From contig CM052816.1 in assembly GCA_028534125.1 (NCBI GenBank), forward strand, positions 49,850,001 through 49,914,000: a DNA stretch of 64,000 nucleotides, given 5' to 3'. Source of the stretch: Lama glama. Taxonomy: Eukaryota. Made by a program: the position numbers and the translations under genes. Positions 24,223 to 36,959 of this stretch are shown here, one piece after another; the stretch's first letter is position 1; every line of letters starts with the position of its first letter. The notes under the pieces were generated by a model, which saw only the letters and a list, made by a program, of their open reading frames with translations, was not told the DNA's origin and ran no database searches.

Positions 24223-27200
24223 CCTTTTTAGATTCCATTTTTTCATGGCAGTTTTGATCTTACTCCAACATTTTTTTTCCACCATAAAGTTACGTAGCTG
24301 GATAAATGAACTTACTTTCTCAACACTGCAGTATGTTTTGTGACTCCCAAGTAAATGGAATAAGGTGATTTATACCACAACAAGAAGAAACCAAGTACTT
24401 GGAATAATAGAGCCCACTGAGCTCTTTTAAGTAGAAACAGCACAAGCTAGTCAGGAAATTTGACTTTAAATCCAATAATTAGGCTGCTTAAAGACTCTCC
24501 ATATTTACCTCCTGTAAAAATATGAATTCTGAGGAATTTCTCCAACTCATCATATGATTTTTAATACAAATTGGGTTTAATAAATAAATAAAAATCACAG
24601 GGCATCCAGGTTCTTTCACATACAGTTTTATCATGAACAGAGATAAAACTGTATGCAGTTTAAAATTATTAAACCATTTGCATTAAATAGTCTAATTTTT
24701 TCATAAAAGAAAATCACTGTGTAACCACAGGGAAAGGATCTATTGACATACTACCTTTTGCTCAGAATAAATTTAATTCTAAAGGTCACATTCTTTAAAT
24801 ATTTCCTATGAACTAAATACAGACTTTTATGAACCAAAGCAAACTAATGGACCCTCTGATGTGAGCAAAAATAATCTGTAAACTGAGATTTTAACCAAAG
24901 GGTGTGTGCAGCCTATACCTATAAAAATACAGAGTAGGAAATATGAACTGCAAAATAAAATAAACTCACTGTGACAGAAAGAAACTTGCATGAGGACTTA
25001 CACAAAGACATTTTAGATGTTAAACACTGAGGTACCTTTGCCTAGAGGGTTAGCCACAAATATTTTCCACTTAGCCACAAGACGTACTTGTGAGTGTGTG
25101 TGTGTGCACACACATGTCTTGCGATAGAGAATGATTCAATTAGAAGAAAAAGGCAAGAAATTATCTAATAAAAGTAGTGGATCTGTGTCCCTTTCAATGT
25201 AATAGCTAAACCAAAAATTACGAAATCTCTAAAAGACACCTTATCAGTGTCCCTATTTCATACGTGGCCGTGAAGCATGACAGAGGAAAGTCTTGATGAA
25301 GATCACACAGCCTATTAGTGCTGCAGAGGGCACAGAATTCAGGGCACTTAACCGCAGGGCCCAGACTGTATCCTTCCACTAACACTTGCACACTATGAAA
25401 GATGCAATAAGAGAAAGCCCCAGAGCTCACTGAACTAATGTCAACAGCTGTTCTCCAGTCATTAGTTTAATGAGAAACTGTTACATTTCATGGGAAGTCT
25501 GTTTTCAAATTTCATATAACATTTCCAAAAATCTGGCCTTCAGGTTTCGTCCCTTTTGCTCTGCAGGGTGAAATAGACCGTCGCTGAGCCTGGCAGGAAG
25601 TGATCCCTGACACAGCATCTGCCTGGCCTCCACTTCTGCCTTTGCAGGAATCAGCTTTCCTTGAGAATCAGCAAAATCCCCACTCAAGTAGCCCATCTAC
25701 TACTTGTAAGCCTAACTTTGTGGGGGATTTCTAGAAATTAAACGTAAATATTACAGACGTGATTCGGAGTTAAGCATCCTATGGACTTTCAGAAAAAATA
25801 TTCAGAGGATATAAATTACAGATGTATGACAATGGAAAAGCATGCTTGACATCTAGGTTGGTGTGGTCCAAGGGATTAGATTTATTCAAGCAGCTAGTCT
25901 CTCAGGTTCCTAACTTGGGGGAGTTTGAGGATTCTATTTTTTTGTTTAAAGGAGTTCTCAGTGAAGCCGTGAAATGCAACAAGGTTTCATTTAATGTATT
26001 TCATCTAATAATGTGTCAATAGAAAGCCAAAATGAACACTTCAGCATTTCTGTTCACATCTTTTTCATACGTCACCAATAGTTTTGATTTTCCTCTTGGC
26101 TGATTTGTGCAGTTTCTTCATCAGGGTATCACAATTTTCATCACATCTATAATACTTCAGCAATTCCTTTCACAAACATATTTTCAAGCAAACACATTAC
26201 ATGCAAAAACTGTACAGACATTAGCCCTGCCACTAGGAGTTACAGTCTACCCAAGAAATTCATGTACGTATGAACCACGATTATTTAAAACAGAATGTGA
26301 TTTTTGAGGGGGAAGATTTCAACAAATTTATTTTTAAAGTTCCTATTTTTTAATATAGTGTAATTGTTTCCATATGAGAACCTTCCCATGTTTAAGCCAA
26401 AAATTAGCTTAAACTTTTTCCTTAACTTTTACAAATTCAGAAGGTTGCCTATTTCAACTCACTTAATAGGAACATCAAATCTAACTCTTAGAATCTCACA
26501 TTTTTCACTACCAAATAAATGGTTCCTTTTTAGGCAAAGCACACATCTGGGTAGCAATCCATATAATGCCTACTGTTGAACACTTACCCTATAATATTTC
26601 TCAGCACTTAACAAGAATAGACAAAAATGACAAAGGGAGAATCTGGCCTACTGTTTGGTAACCTGGATTTTTGAATAAATTCCCTGCTCAGTCAGAAAGG
26701 CAAGTTTTCAGTATTACAGGAATGGTTGCTAATGTAATGCCTTATTTGTCTCTTTAGTGTTTACTATTATACAGAGATAGCCTCAGTCTTCAAAATGTAA
26801 TGCAGTGTAATGCCCTTCTATTACATAGCTTCAGGGCAGGCTAAATTAAATCCATAGATATCAGAAATATTAGTTTATTCATTCTCTAAACATAAAAGAT
26901 TATTATTACCCATTTTAAGAACCCTCTTACAATAGTATTACTATATGATTAAGTATTTCCTTTCATTTAATTATGCAACTCTCCATCATAAAAATGAGAT
27001 ATGGCATAAATAAAGCTGTTTGGATCATACCTCAGTAATTGAGGAAGTACCTTAAACAGTAAGCATTTCTCTTTTGTGTCATGCATGCTCACCAATTCTA
27101 CATACAAATATTAAAATACAGTAATCAAAAGCTCCAATTGTATTAGAGTCTATGAGCATTTAAATGGCTGGTGGATCTTTTGTAGGTTTTTCAAGGTACA

Positions 27201-27913
27201 GACCTAAGACTACTTTTTTGCTCATTATTTTATTTCTCAATATTCATTTACCTAATGAAGGGAAGTAACATGACACAACAATAAACTGATTAAGGTTTCC
27301 CACTGAGCAGTACAAGCTCAGTTTGAGTCTCCAGTAAAAATCTTTCTTTCCTTTTCTGTTTTTTAATTTTCATGAAACATTAAGGAATGGTTTAGGCTTT
27401 GCTAACTGATTATTCCAAACCTACATTTGCCAACTGGTGTTTTTAATACCTTCAGGCTTAAGTGAAAATGAGACAAGAAATCTCAGTTGGATTTTTCCTG
27501 ATGTTGTTACTATATTTTTAGTGTAAATTATTATTACCAACATTATGCACAAAGCCTAAAACATTAATTTTACATTAATTTTTAGTGTTATAAAAATAGT
27601 CCTTAATGTTGGCTACCTTGTCAGAAAATATACTATGTCTATTTACCCAAAAGTCTCCTTTTCTAAGTTTAAACATCAACCATTTAATTTCACAATAAGA
27701 GCTATTACTGCTGTAAAAACATTCTACATTCTAAGAGACTGGACCCAGACCTAGTCTTTTCATCTTCCTTTGTGGGATCAGCAAGGCTAAGTGGGGAGTC
27801 TTTTCCATACAATCAGAAAATATCTAATGAGCAATAATTACATGCTAAGCAATGGAGCATTATAAAGAGAGGGAGGATGGAGTTAGTGTCCTCCAGTGGT
27901 CAACAGCTGGATG

Positions 27914-28084
27914 CAGAACTGGTTCCTTGCTTTACAGGCCTAGCACCCAATGAAATTCAGGGCCCAGTGTTCACAAAATACGAAGAATTTCAAGACTCGC
28001 AGAACGTTAAACAAAGCGTGAGGTCCTTCTGAACATGGAATCTCGTGTAAGCACACAGGTTACAAGCCCTCAAAATCAACTCCG
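27914..28084 (-). mobile_element. MER91A-like hAT-Tip100 MITE
   Basis: AATGAAATTCAGGGCCCAGTGTTCA..AAGAATTTCAAGAC..TTAAACAAAGCGTGAGGTCCTTCTGA..CACAGGTTACAAGCCC matches recalled consensus in reverse. Confidence 0.75.
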
Positions 28085-29066
28085 GCTCCATCACTACACA
28101 GTTACAAAGAGGAAGCTTCATGAGGGGAAATCACCAACGAGGTGTTGGAAAGGAGACCTTTACAATCTCTTCAAAACATAAGATACTATGGAACTGAATA
28201 TTTCTAAGAAGTCAGTGCAAGAGAAAGAAAACCACATGCATGGTAAGATGAACTTCAAGGTAAGAGCTTTACAACAGGAGCTGCCTTATGAAACCTGAAC
28301 ACCACCCTTGCCAACACAGGGCTCTTGGTGTTGTGTTAAGTGCTGAGTGAATAGTGTGGGGACTGGGGAGAGTAGTGATAAATCAGGACAAAGGATCATT
28401 TTCACTGAATTAGAAAGGAAATACTATTTTGGAGTAAGTGAGAAATGGCCTTGTCTTTGAGGAGTCTGATCTAGCTAAGTTTATACTGATTTGACGTTAA
28501 CATGGCTTTTATAATTGGCAGGTATTTTTGGATGTGTTTTAAATAGAAACCCTTTCTAAAACCCTTAAAATATTTGATTATGTCATGACATCTCCAAGAT
28601 AGAAATTTAGAAATACTCAACTATAATGAAGTAAATATGAAGCAAATTTCTATCATGGGTTGTAGTGAAACTTCTATTCATGTAATAAGCACTTCCTAAA
28701 AAATAAATGCATTACAATACCTTAGTACATACAGGTTTAGGTTGAGCCTCAGTGGGACTTCTACAGAATTTTTTACATCAAATTACCTAGTACTTCTCTT
28801 TATATACGTGAGATGTAAAATATACAGACATCATTTCCTTTTTTTTCCATCACGTTCAAAATCACTTAAAATTACCAGGAAGAAACAGCACTGCATCCCA
28901 TCTTTCAATCTTTGAGCACACATCTCCTACATGTGCATATTTTTAAAGTAGAATCTTACCAATACCAAAAAGTCTGCAAAAAATTGGAAAATATCTCTTA
29001 AGTGAAATTTTTACTTTTCCAGGCAGAAATGTTAATGCCCTGTGTAAGCAGCTTTAGATGCTTAAG

Positions 29067-29360
29067 CAGTGGTTTGTTGCTAAATATTTGAACATGAGCT
29101 GGAGAGTGGTATGTGGGGCAGGGGTAGAATTCTGATTTTAGCATCTGCTGAATTTCGTGGTGTAAAAACTCCCACCAAGAGGTAGATGAGAAATCTGTTT
29201 TATCTCTGCAACTTTTCTGCTTATCTAAAATTACCCTAAAAGAAAAATTTAATTAAAAATTAAGAATTCAGGATGGCCAACTTTAAACTACCAACTGGAC
29301 ATCACTGAATGCAAAGGGGAGTTGGGCAGAGATGATGAGCACAATCACCTCTTAAGAGAA
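29067..29360 (+). mobile_element. MER63-like hAT element interrupted by a short L1 3' tail (about 29178-29270)
   Basis: CAGTGGT..TAAATATTT..AATTTCGTGGTGTAAAAACTCCCACC / ATGGCCAACTTTAAACTACCAAC..GTTGGGCAGAGATG. Insert TGCAACTTTTCTG..TCTAAAATTA..AAAA is an old L1M 3' end. Confidence 0.72.
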
Positions 29361-29627
29361 GAGAAAGGGACTCAGATGATGGAGCAGGACCAGCAGCATC
29401 TGAGAGGCACGGGTCCCAACACTGCCAAGACAGATACACTAAGAGCACCCTCAGAACGCTGGGGACAGGGAAACATGCAGAGCTTGTGTCTTAGGAGTAG
29501 GTAGTACACAGGCTGCCCTGTCAACTGTTTCCAATAGGATTCAGAGCCATCGTTCCTCTTGCTTTTCCTTGGAAAGATTTGGAATATGATCACACAGAAT
29601 CCTAGGATTTTATAGCAGTTACCTAGT

Positions 29628-29778
29628 CCAGTGCTTCTTCTGCGTCCCTAAAATAAGAATCAACCGAAGCATTTGCAAATTATTCGATCCTCAATCCAGA
29701 AATGTTGAATCAGTTTCTGGGAAAGACGCTCAGAAACCCCAGAATATTCTCATCATTAAGAAAGTTTGGAAAACCCTG
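29628..29778. mobile_element. Degraded MER5-type hAT-Charlie MITE
   Basis: CCAGTGCTTCT start, GAATCA motifs, AAGTTTGGAAAACCCTG end. Confidence 0.5.
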
Positions 29779-29899
29779 GCCAGCTCAATCTCCTGCCCTG
29801 TGAGGAAACTCCTGTACAACATATGTAATGTGTAACAAGCCATTTTTTTCTGCCTTGGCCTCAAAACTTCCACCAGTGAGGATGGTCAACAGTACAGGA

Positions 29900-30105
29900 T
29901 TGTGGATAGATCTGGTTCAATCCTCTACTACTCACCAGACATGTGACTTGGAGAAATTCACTTAGCCTGAGTTTAGTGTCCTCATCTGTAAAATGGAGGT
30001 ATGATTTGCAACTTTAAAGAGTGGTTCTGCTGAGCAATCAAGATGTCATGTGTAATGCATTTAGCACCAGCCCAGGACATAATAAGCACCCAGCATATGC
30101 CAGCT
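29900..30105 (+). mobile_element. MIR SINE
   Basis: TGTGACTTGG..CCTCATCTGTAAAATGG..TTAGCAC..CATAATAAGCAC. Confidence 0.8.
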
Positions 30106-30118
30106 AATACAACTAAGA

Positions 30119-30291
30119 CAATGATTTTCAACCCTGGCTGTGTGTATATATCACCTGGGAGGTTTTAAAAATCCCAAAGCTCAGGCTACACACTGGCCCA
30201 CATAATTAGAGTATCTGATGATGGGATCTAGGCATCAATATTTCAAACCAACCCAGGTTATTCTATGTGCAGCTAACATTAAGGAACACTG
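30119..30291. mobile_element. MER5A-like hAT-Charlie MITE
   Basis: CAATGATTTTCAACCCTGGCTG..ATCACCTGGGAG..CCAGGTTATTCTATGTGCAGC..AACACTG. Confidence 0.75.
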
Positions 30292-31914
30292 AATAACCAG
30301 CTAAGAAAATTTGCAAGGCCACCCGATTCAGCAGCTAGATAGCCACAATTATTGCACTGCATTTCCTTTTAAAGAGGCAGAGCTACAATAATCATTAGTA
30401 TTAACAAGATGTGCAGTTTAAGCACCCACTGTGTGCAAGATAATAAAAGCCCTTCCTCTGGAAGGTCTTTGAAGCACCAGGAAAGATATTTACAAGGATA
30501 ATCTCTTTGCCTAAGCTGCTTGGGGATACATTTTTTCTTGTTTAGATTTTTCAAATTCTTAGATGACTTCTTGTCACGTTTGAGTTGTCTATGATGTGTT
30601 GCCAGCTGAGCCTCATCTCTGGAGAAATCACTGAACACAGCTTTGTACTGATGCAGGTAGTTAAGGGAAGGACAGAAACATTCTGAATAATAATTAGAAG
30701 GGAAGAGGGGAAAGTGGGTCTCCCTCAGGGAAGTGCTCCTGTCAGATCCAATGGAAGCAGATGCTTCAACAAAACAGGCTCAAGAGGATCAAGCAGGAGC
30801 CATCCTGCTGTGTGACAAGAGGCATTCCAAAAGGATCGATTCCATTTACAACCACTAACATACAATTTTTGATCAAAGGCAATACTCTAATTTTACCCAT
30901 CCCTAAGTCTTGAGATGCTCATGACACGGACTATGATTAATTAGCATGACAATCGTAATTATGGGAAAATGGAAATTAAGATGTATTACTTCTATCAGTT
31001 TTACTCAAACCTTGCTCCCACCTCTTCCCATGTGACTGTCAATTCAACCTTCTGCAAACACACTGGATTAAAAGCTTGTTTCATTTTTCAAATCCCTTTA
31101 CACCATCAGACTCTGAATCAAAAGGCAACCTGCCATTATGTTTAAGTTAGAGTGATAGTAATTAGACTGACCTAGAATTCCCTACAAACTACTTCACTTT
31201 AAGAAACATGGGTTTACACTCTTGCTGTCTGCCTAGCTGTCAATCTATATAAAGAAGACACTGAAAAGATAAATTAACTTGGTGACTCCTTCAAAATGGT
31301 ATCGATTCAAAGATATATTGGTTGACAACCCACCCTCAGAGGACAAAGGACCTGCTACTATTCACAGAGTAAATAAATACTTTTTAGGGCAGGAACACTG
31401 ATGTTTCCAGAGGCCTCTAAAAACCACGCTTTTTACAAAGCAAAGCTATTACCATGTTTAATGTCCTGGGATTATGAAGTGATTATTTTCATTTAGTTTG
31501 TTTTATGAATTTTACCTGTTTTCACTATGAGCAATAAATTTTTCTACTGTCCTGGAAGAAAACAATATTGTATAGTATGAGGGAAACACTCACATGAAGT
31601 AAAATAGCTTTTGATTTGGGTCATGTTTCCAAGGGCAAATCAAAGCACAGCCATAGGAATTTTGAGATACAGAAATAACTTAGACTACTAACAAAAAATA
31701 GGAGATGGAGTGGTGGAAGGAAGGTAGGAGAAAGGCTGTTTGGCCACATTTTATAGAAAGCAATTAAAAGGACTACTTAAACTGAAAGATCAAGTTAACT
31801 GCTGTTCAAGTCCAATATTTCAAGACATAAATGCATGCTTTGATTTCTTTAAATTTTTAAAAATAGCTTCCACTCACATAAAGCTGAATGACTCTACTAA
31901 TTATCTTCCTGGAA

Positions 31915-32210
31915 ATATATATATATATATCCATATATTTCTGTTACATAAATATTAAATAACAATAAAATATAGGGATATTTAATTGTTATTTTGTTAT
32001 ATTTATATTACATATAATATAAATATATGTGCAATATACTGATATTAACATATATTATTTGTCATATGAAATAGACCATTTATGTGTGTTACATGTTGTA
32101 TAAACAATATATTTATGTATATGTTAGTATTATTTATATATATGACACTATATATAATCACATATATACACATATAGGTACATTTTCCTATATACATACA
32201 TGTATATACA
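31915..32210. repeat. AT-rich degenerate (TA)n low-complexity tract
   Basis: About 300 bp dominated by TA/ATAT. Confidence 0.8.
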
Positions 32211-33394
32211 AATGCTCAAATTATCTCAGCTAATAGTCAATTTGATGCCCCATTCCAAAAGTTAACCTGCTCTCCTGGTCAGGAAAACCCCTACAAGTTA
32301 TATTCTTTCACTTCCCTCATATTTATTCTATGATCATATTTTATTTGTCATTACTAATCTTATTTCCAACTGAAAACACCAGGTATATACAACTCAAATT
32401 TTAGAGAGTGCCAATTCTACTTCTATATTTAGTGATACATTTCAGCAATTGTTGAATCAAATAATCAACATGACACTGAGAAAATAATAACAAGACTAAT
32501 ATTAGAAGCAAAACAGAGACAAGTGCCTTTCTAACACATCAGCATAACATTTCTTCTTCTGGTTGTTTTCTGATTTATACTAAAAATTTTAATAAATTGG
32601 TATAGTGTTATCCTTAAAATAACAATGCATAAAGAAAAGCATTCCAAGGAAACATGAAAAGGTCAAAATAAAGGTGCAATTAACTACAAAATAAAACAGT
32701 GTTTGTTCTATAGCTACAGCATTATAAAGATATTTACTCAACAATATCAAGAATGACTTTTTCATAAGTGGAAATTTATTTTTAAGCAACTGCTACATTT
32801 TAAGGAAAAAACACCTCTTGAAATAAGTGATACAGAATGATAAAAAAATAAGAAATACTCAGAAGACAAAGGACAGCCTTTAAAACTAGAGTAACAATGC
32901 TGATCTACTTCTACATGTGGAGAGTTACTAATTAGAACTTAATTACAAAATGCCTCAAAGATTATTTTGAAATATTTGCCAGCTCTAGTAGGCCTTTCAG
33001 ATAAAAGTCATGCCATTCATTCCACAACTTTCTGCACTTTAAATTGATCTTGGGAGTCTGGGGTCAGCCTCAGGGTGATATTTAGAAATATTTGTCTATT
33101 TATTGCCCCAACGTACTCATCTGTATGTGATGTGTTTTTCCTACTCTTTCTGCCACTATTTTAGGACTGTCTCTACCATTAATTTATCCCTGAACTTCTC
33201 TTCTAAGGACTCACTGTACAACATGGCTTTTGGATGATTTTAAGACTACTGCTATATTACTACTTTAAGGCCCTAATCAACATCTAATTAAAATACCACT
33301 AACCCTTGCTCCTGCAGACAAAATAGTTATTACTAAAAATAAAACGGATTTTTAAAAAATTCCAAAAGAATAACTTTGCACTTCTCAATTCAGC

Positions 33395-34030
33395 CAACTT
33401 GCATACTGTGCTGGCTATGGCAATGTACTATAAAGACAAAAATTTTCTGCTCACAAGAAACCCTGTATCTAGTGGGTGATTCGAGTAAGTAAACAACAAG
33501 ACTTAAATATGATGTGATAAAAGCATCAACAGAATTCTGTTAAAGATATCATGAATCAGAGGGAAAGTGATTAGTGCTGCCTGGGAGAGTTTCTCAGGGG
33601 AATTGACCTCTGCATTGAATTTTATAGAATGAGACATAGTTCACGAGAAAGCAAGAGATGAAAGTAGATTCCCAGCAAAAGGGCAAAGAATGGAGACATA
33701 AATCATGATGGATTGTTCAGGTTCTACAATAACAGAATGCAACAACTGAGCATCTGATAAAGATGTAGGAGATGGAGCTGGGGAACAGGAGGCTGGAGAA
33801 ATATCCAGGGGCAAGATGATTAAGTATTCAATTCCATGATGCAGGGCTTGAACATATGGGTTTGAAGAACCAATGAAGGTTTTCAATCATGAGATGCATG
33901 TTTTGGTCCAATCACTTTGGCAGCTAGTGTGGCAGAGGGGTGGGAGGTATGGGAACAGTGACAGATTAAACACCTAAGAGGCTGTTCAGACAGCCAAGGC
34001 AAGCCTTGACCAGGCCATGGGAAGACAGAG
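33395..34030 (-). mobile_element. LINE-2 fragment
   Basis: CTGCTCACAAG..TCTAGTGGG..CTGCCTGGGAG..GAACCAATGAAGGTTTT..ATCACTTTGGCAGCTAGTGTGG..AAGAGGCTGTT. Confidence 0.7.
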
Positions 34031-34812
34031 CCACTGCAAATGTAGGAGCTGATTTTATTAAGGCCAAACCCCAAAGTTTTAGGAAACTCAGAAATATTTA
34101 GCTATGTGATTCCATTACTCTCAAGTGTTCCTTGTATTCCAACAGTAATTATGTGGCATGTGGATTCTTGATGAAAGAAGCTCTAGCAAGCTAGTCCAAG
34201 ACAAGAAAAGGCTCCAAAACACTGATGGAGACTCCATTTACTGGCTTCAACGAAACCCCCCAAATTGTGTATGTGCATTTTTCTAAAAGGAGCCACACTT
34301 CCATCAAATCCTTAAGGGGTCTATGAGATAAAAAGACTGAGAATCACTATTTCACACACAATTCTCCAGTGTGGTCCAGTCTCATTCAGAATGCCTCAAA
34401 ACATTCTTGAAATTTCTGCTGCCATTCATTACCTAAGTGACCAGACTACAATTTTAAATGGATTCCAGACTTTATGTTTTGAATCATTAATTGTTCTTGC
34501 CTGCACAGGTTAACTACTTTGAGACTGGATCTCAATATTTCTGAAGTATTGATAAATGGAAGAAAAGATCAACCATTCATTATAACATTACCAAGAATTT
34601 ACTTTCTGTAAGTCAATTAGTAAAAGTGGGAAATCTGACTTTGAAAGTCATTTCGGAAGGAATCACTTCCATGAGCCTTCATGTTCAGGAATCCATTTAC
34701 TGGATTTGGGCTGTTCTAGATTTTGGAGATGTAATCTAATGGCACATAGTTCCTTGGGAGGTTTGGTTTTCTATTTTTTAATGTGAAAAACTGCATAAGA
34801 ATGCCAGTATAT

Positions 34813-34930
34813 GGGGAAAGAATAGCTCAGCGGTAGAGAGCATGCTTAGCATGCAGGAGGTTCTGGGTTCAATCCCCAGTGTCTCCATTAAATAAATAGA
34901 CTTAATTATCCCCACCCCTCCCCCCCAAAA
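34813..34930 (+). mobile_element. tRNA-derived SINE, camelid Vic-1-like
   Basis: GGGGAAAGAATAGCTCAGCGGTAGAG (A box)..GGTTCAATCCC (B box)..AATAAATA..CTTAATTA..CCCC AAAA. Degenerate TSD AAGAATGCCAGTATA (34797-34811) / AAGAAAGCCAATATA (34929-34943). Confidence 0.88.
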
Positions 34931-35065
34931 GAAAGCCAATATAGTAAGGGTAGGTAAACTCCTGCATTTCTCCCTCATTTAGTAATATCTTTTAATGTGT
35001 TTTACCCTGTGTGTGCATAGTTTCACCACAACAAACCTCACACACATTCTCAGGTTTTTTTTTCC

Positions 35066-35172
35066 TAGACGGGGTTCCTTAAGGTCAGGGACTATGGAAC
35101 TTTGTTCATCTCTGAATCCTCAATGTTTTATCTTAAACATTGTTAGGGACAATGAAAACATACGTTGAATGA
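35066..35172 (+). mobile_element. LINE-2 3' end
   Basis: CTAGAC..TCCTTAAGGTCAGGGACTATG..TTGTTCATCTCTGAATCCTCA..GTTGAATGAA. Confidence 0.65.
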
Positions 35173-35734
35173 AAAACTAAGTGCCTACAAAATAAAATAC
35201 TTCACCAAAGGGTAGCAAAGAGTTCTGAATCAGGAAGAAGGCACTTCTGAGAAAGAGAAGACAACTGCACTTGGTATTAGAGGGGCTCAATCAATTTTTA
35301 CAAATTTGTGAGTTTCCAGGACCTTCATAGGAATTCTTTGCAAAGCTGGGTTCTTTACCTCATTTCCCCTGTCAGCCATTGGTGGTTTTCAAAACTCCAA
35401 GCCTCAGTATCACTGCTTTAATTCATGGTACCCTTTGGAGAACTCTTGCTATGAGCCACCTGTATTCCTTTCCAAAAACTCACTGTAGGGCCATTTTATT
35501 ATAAATAAAACAACTGCCTGAGAGTGAGAATTATTAGAAACTGGAATGGCTAACTAGGAAAACTGTTCTGATGCTTTCTTTAAACACAAAATACTGTTTT
35601 TAATTTGTCTTGATTAATTAGAAGATAATCACGCCCATGGCCCGGGTTCCTCCCACACCTCAGATTCTCTTAGTGCAGAGCGATTCTTTCTATTCTTACA
35701 GTGTTAGTTCCTCAGATGACTAGAATAACTCTTT

Positions 35735-35886
35735 TGGTTGTTGTTGTTGTTGTTGTTTGTGAGGGGAGGGAGGCAATCAGGCTTACTTATTTATTATTAT
35801 TTTTTAAAATGGTGGTAGTGGTGATCACACCCAGGACCTCGTGCATGCTAAGCACACGCTCTGCCACTGAGCTATATACCCTCTCC
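35735..35886 (-). mobile_element. tRNA-derived SINE, camelid Vic-1-like, (CAA)n tail
   Basis: Reverse of GGAGAGGGTATATAGCTCAGTGGCAGAGCGTGTGCTTAGCATGCACGAGGTCCTGGGT. Degenerate TSD GACTAGAATAACTCTT / GACTAGTGTAATTCTT. Confidence 0.88.
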
Positions 35887-36959
35887 TAGACTAGTGTAAT
35901 TCTTAACTGAAGTGCTCTTCTTTAAGAAAAGGAAAATACATGTCACATACCTAACATGATACCATTCCCTACAAATCACTAGATTAACAACATCAAAAGA
36001 GCCTCTCTGCAGGAATGGGATCCCAGAAATGAAATACAGTGATACTTGATAGAAATTATCGATGCTTTATCAGTCAGCATTTCTGTTTTACCAACTCACA
36101 TGCCAGAAGACACAGAATGATTACCATTACATCTCAAACAAATGTGAAAGACAATGTCTTCACTGCAGGGAGAATGCTAGGGGAAAAAAAAAAAAACACA
36201 CCACAAAGATATGAGGTGCTTTGATAGTCTCATGCATCTAGTAGTGAGACAGCATTTCAAGACCATTGGCAATGTTCAAAGATTTTTGTCCTTCATCAGT
36301 TGCTGCCAAGGGACATGGCTATAAACATCTAATTATAAAGCTACGTGGAGCAGAGAGAGACAGCCTCTGGAATCTGCCTACTGGTGGTAGGAAGTGGCTT
36401 ATCCACTCAAAGATAGAGAATGTTAGAGAGTGTTAGAGAATATTAGAAATGTACCACTGTGGCTTTGAGAAAGAAAATGACTAAGAGACTTTTGAGAAAG
36501 CAGAGATTTTTCTGCGTTATTTTGCAAAATATCAGGTAAAAGGTGGAATTCCAAGGAATAGAAGTATCAATTTACTCATTCTCAGTCTCCACTGAAAACC
36601 TGCCCACAACCCCTGAAGGGCAGCGAGTAACCCTTCCACGGCTCCAGTCATCTGTCAGGCCGAGCACACTACCTGGCATAGGAGACATTCGTTGGTTAAC
36701 GGCATGGACAAATTAGGAACCAATGGCTCAAAACAAATGAGCAGCTGACAAAGACAATATTTGAAACAGATAAAGTCCTTATTCAGGGAAATGGAACCAT
36801 ATGACTCTCTCACAGTATTAGATCACTGTTGTAGAACACTATTGTGAGGCTAACGCCCATCCAATAAATTTTCTGCTCCATAAGGAAAGAGCTACACTGG
36901 ACACAGAGGCAACTTTACTGTGAAATAATGAAGCACAATGTTTGCTCCTGCTCACTTGC

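Noticed and set aside
26040..26200. Minus-strand peptide KELLKYYRCDENCDTLMKKLHKSAKRKIKTIGDV
   Set aside because: Short, unrecognised and without convincing splice signals.
27561..27583. Tiny tandem duplications (also about 36420-36448, 55595-55615 and 55660-55712)
   Set aside because: Ordinary slippage products in AT-rich DNA.
30369..30650. Minus-strand 89-aa basic ORF with an acceptor-like upstream sequence
   Set aside because: No recognisable protein, non-ATG start and no good donor.
34813..34885. tRNA gene (also 59047-59120)
   Set aside because: tRNA-like head continues into a shared SINE tail with A-rich end and TSDs, so it is a SINE.
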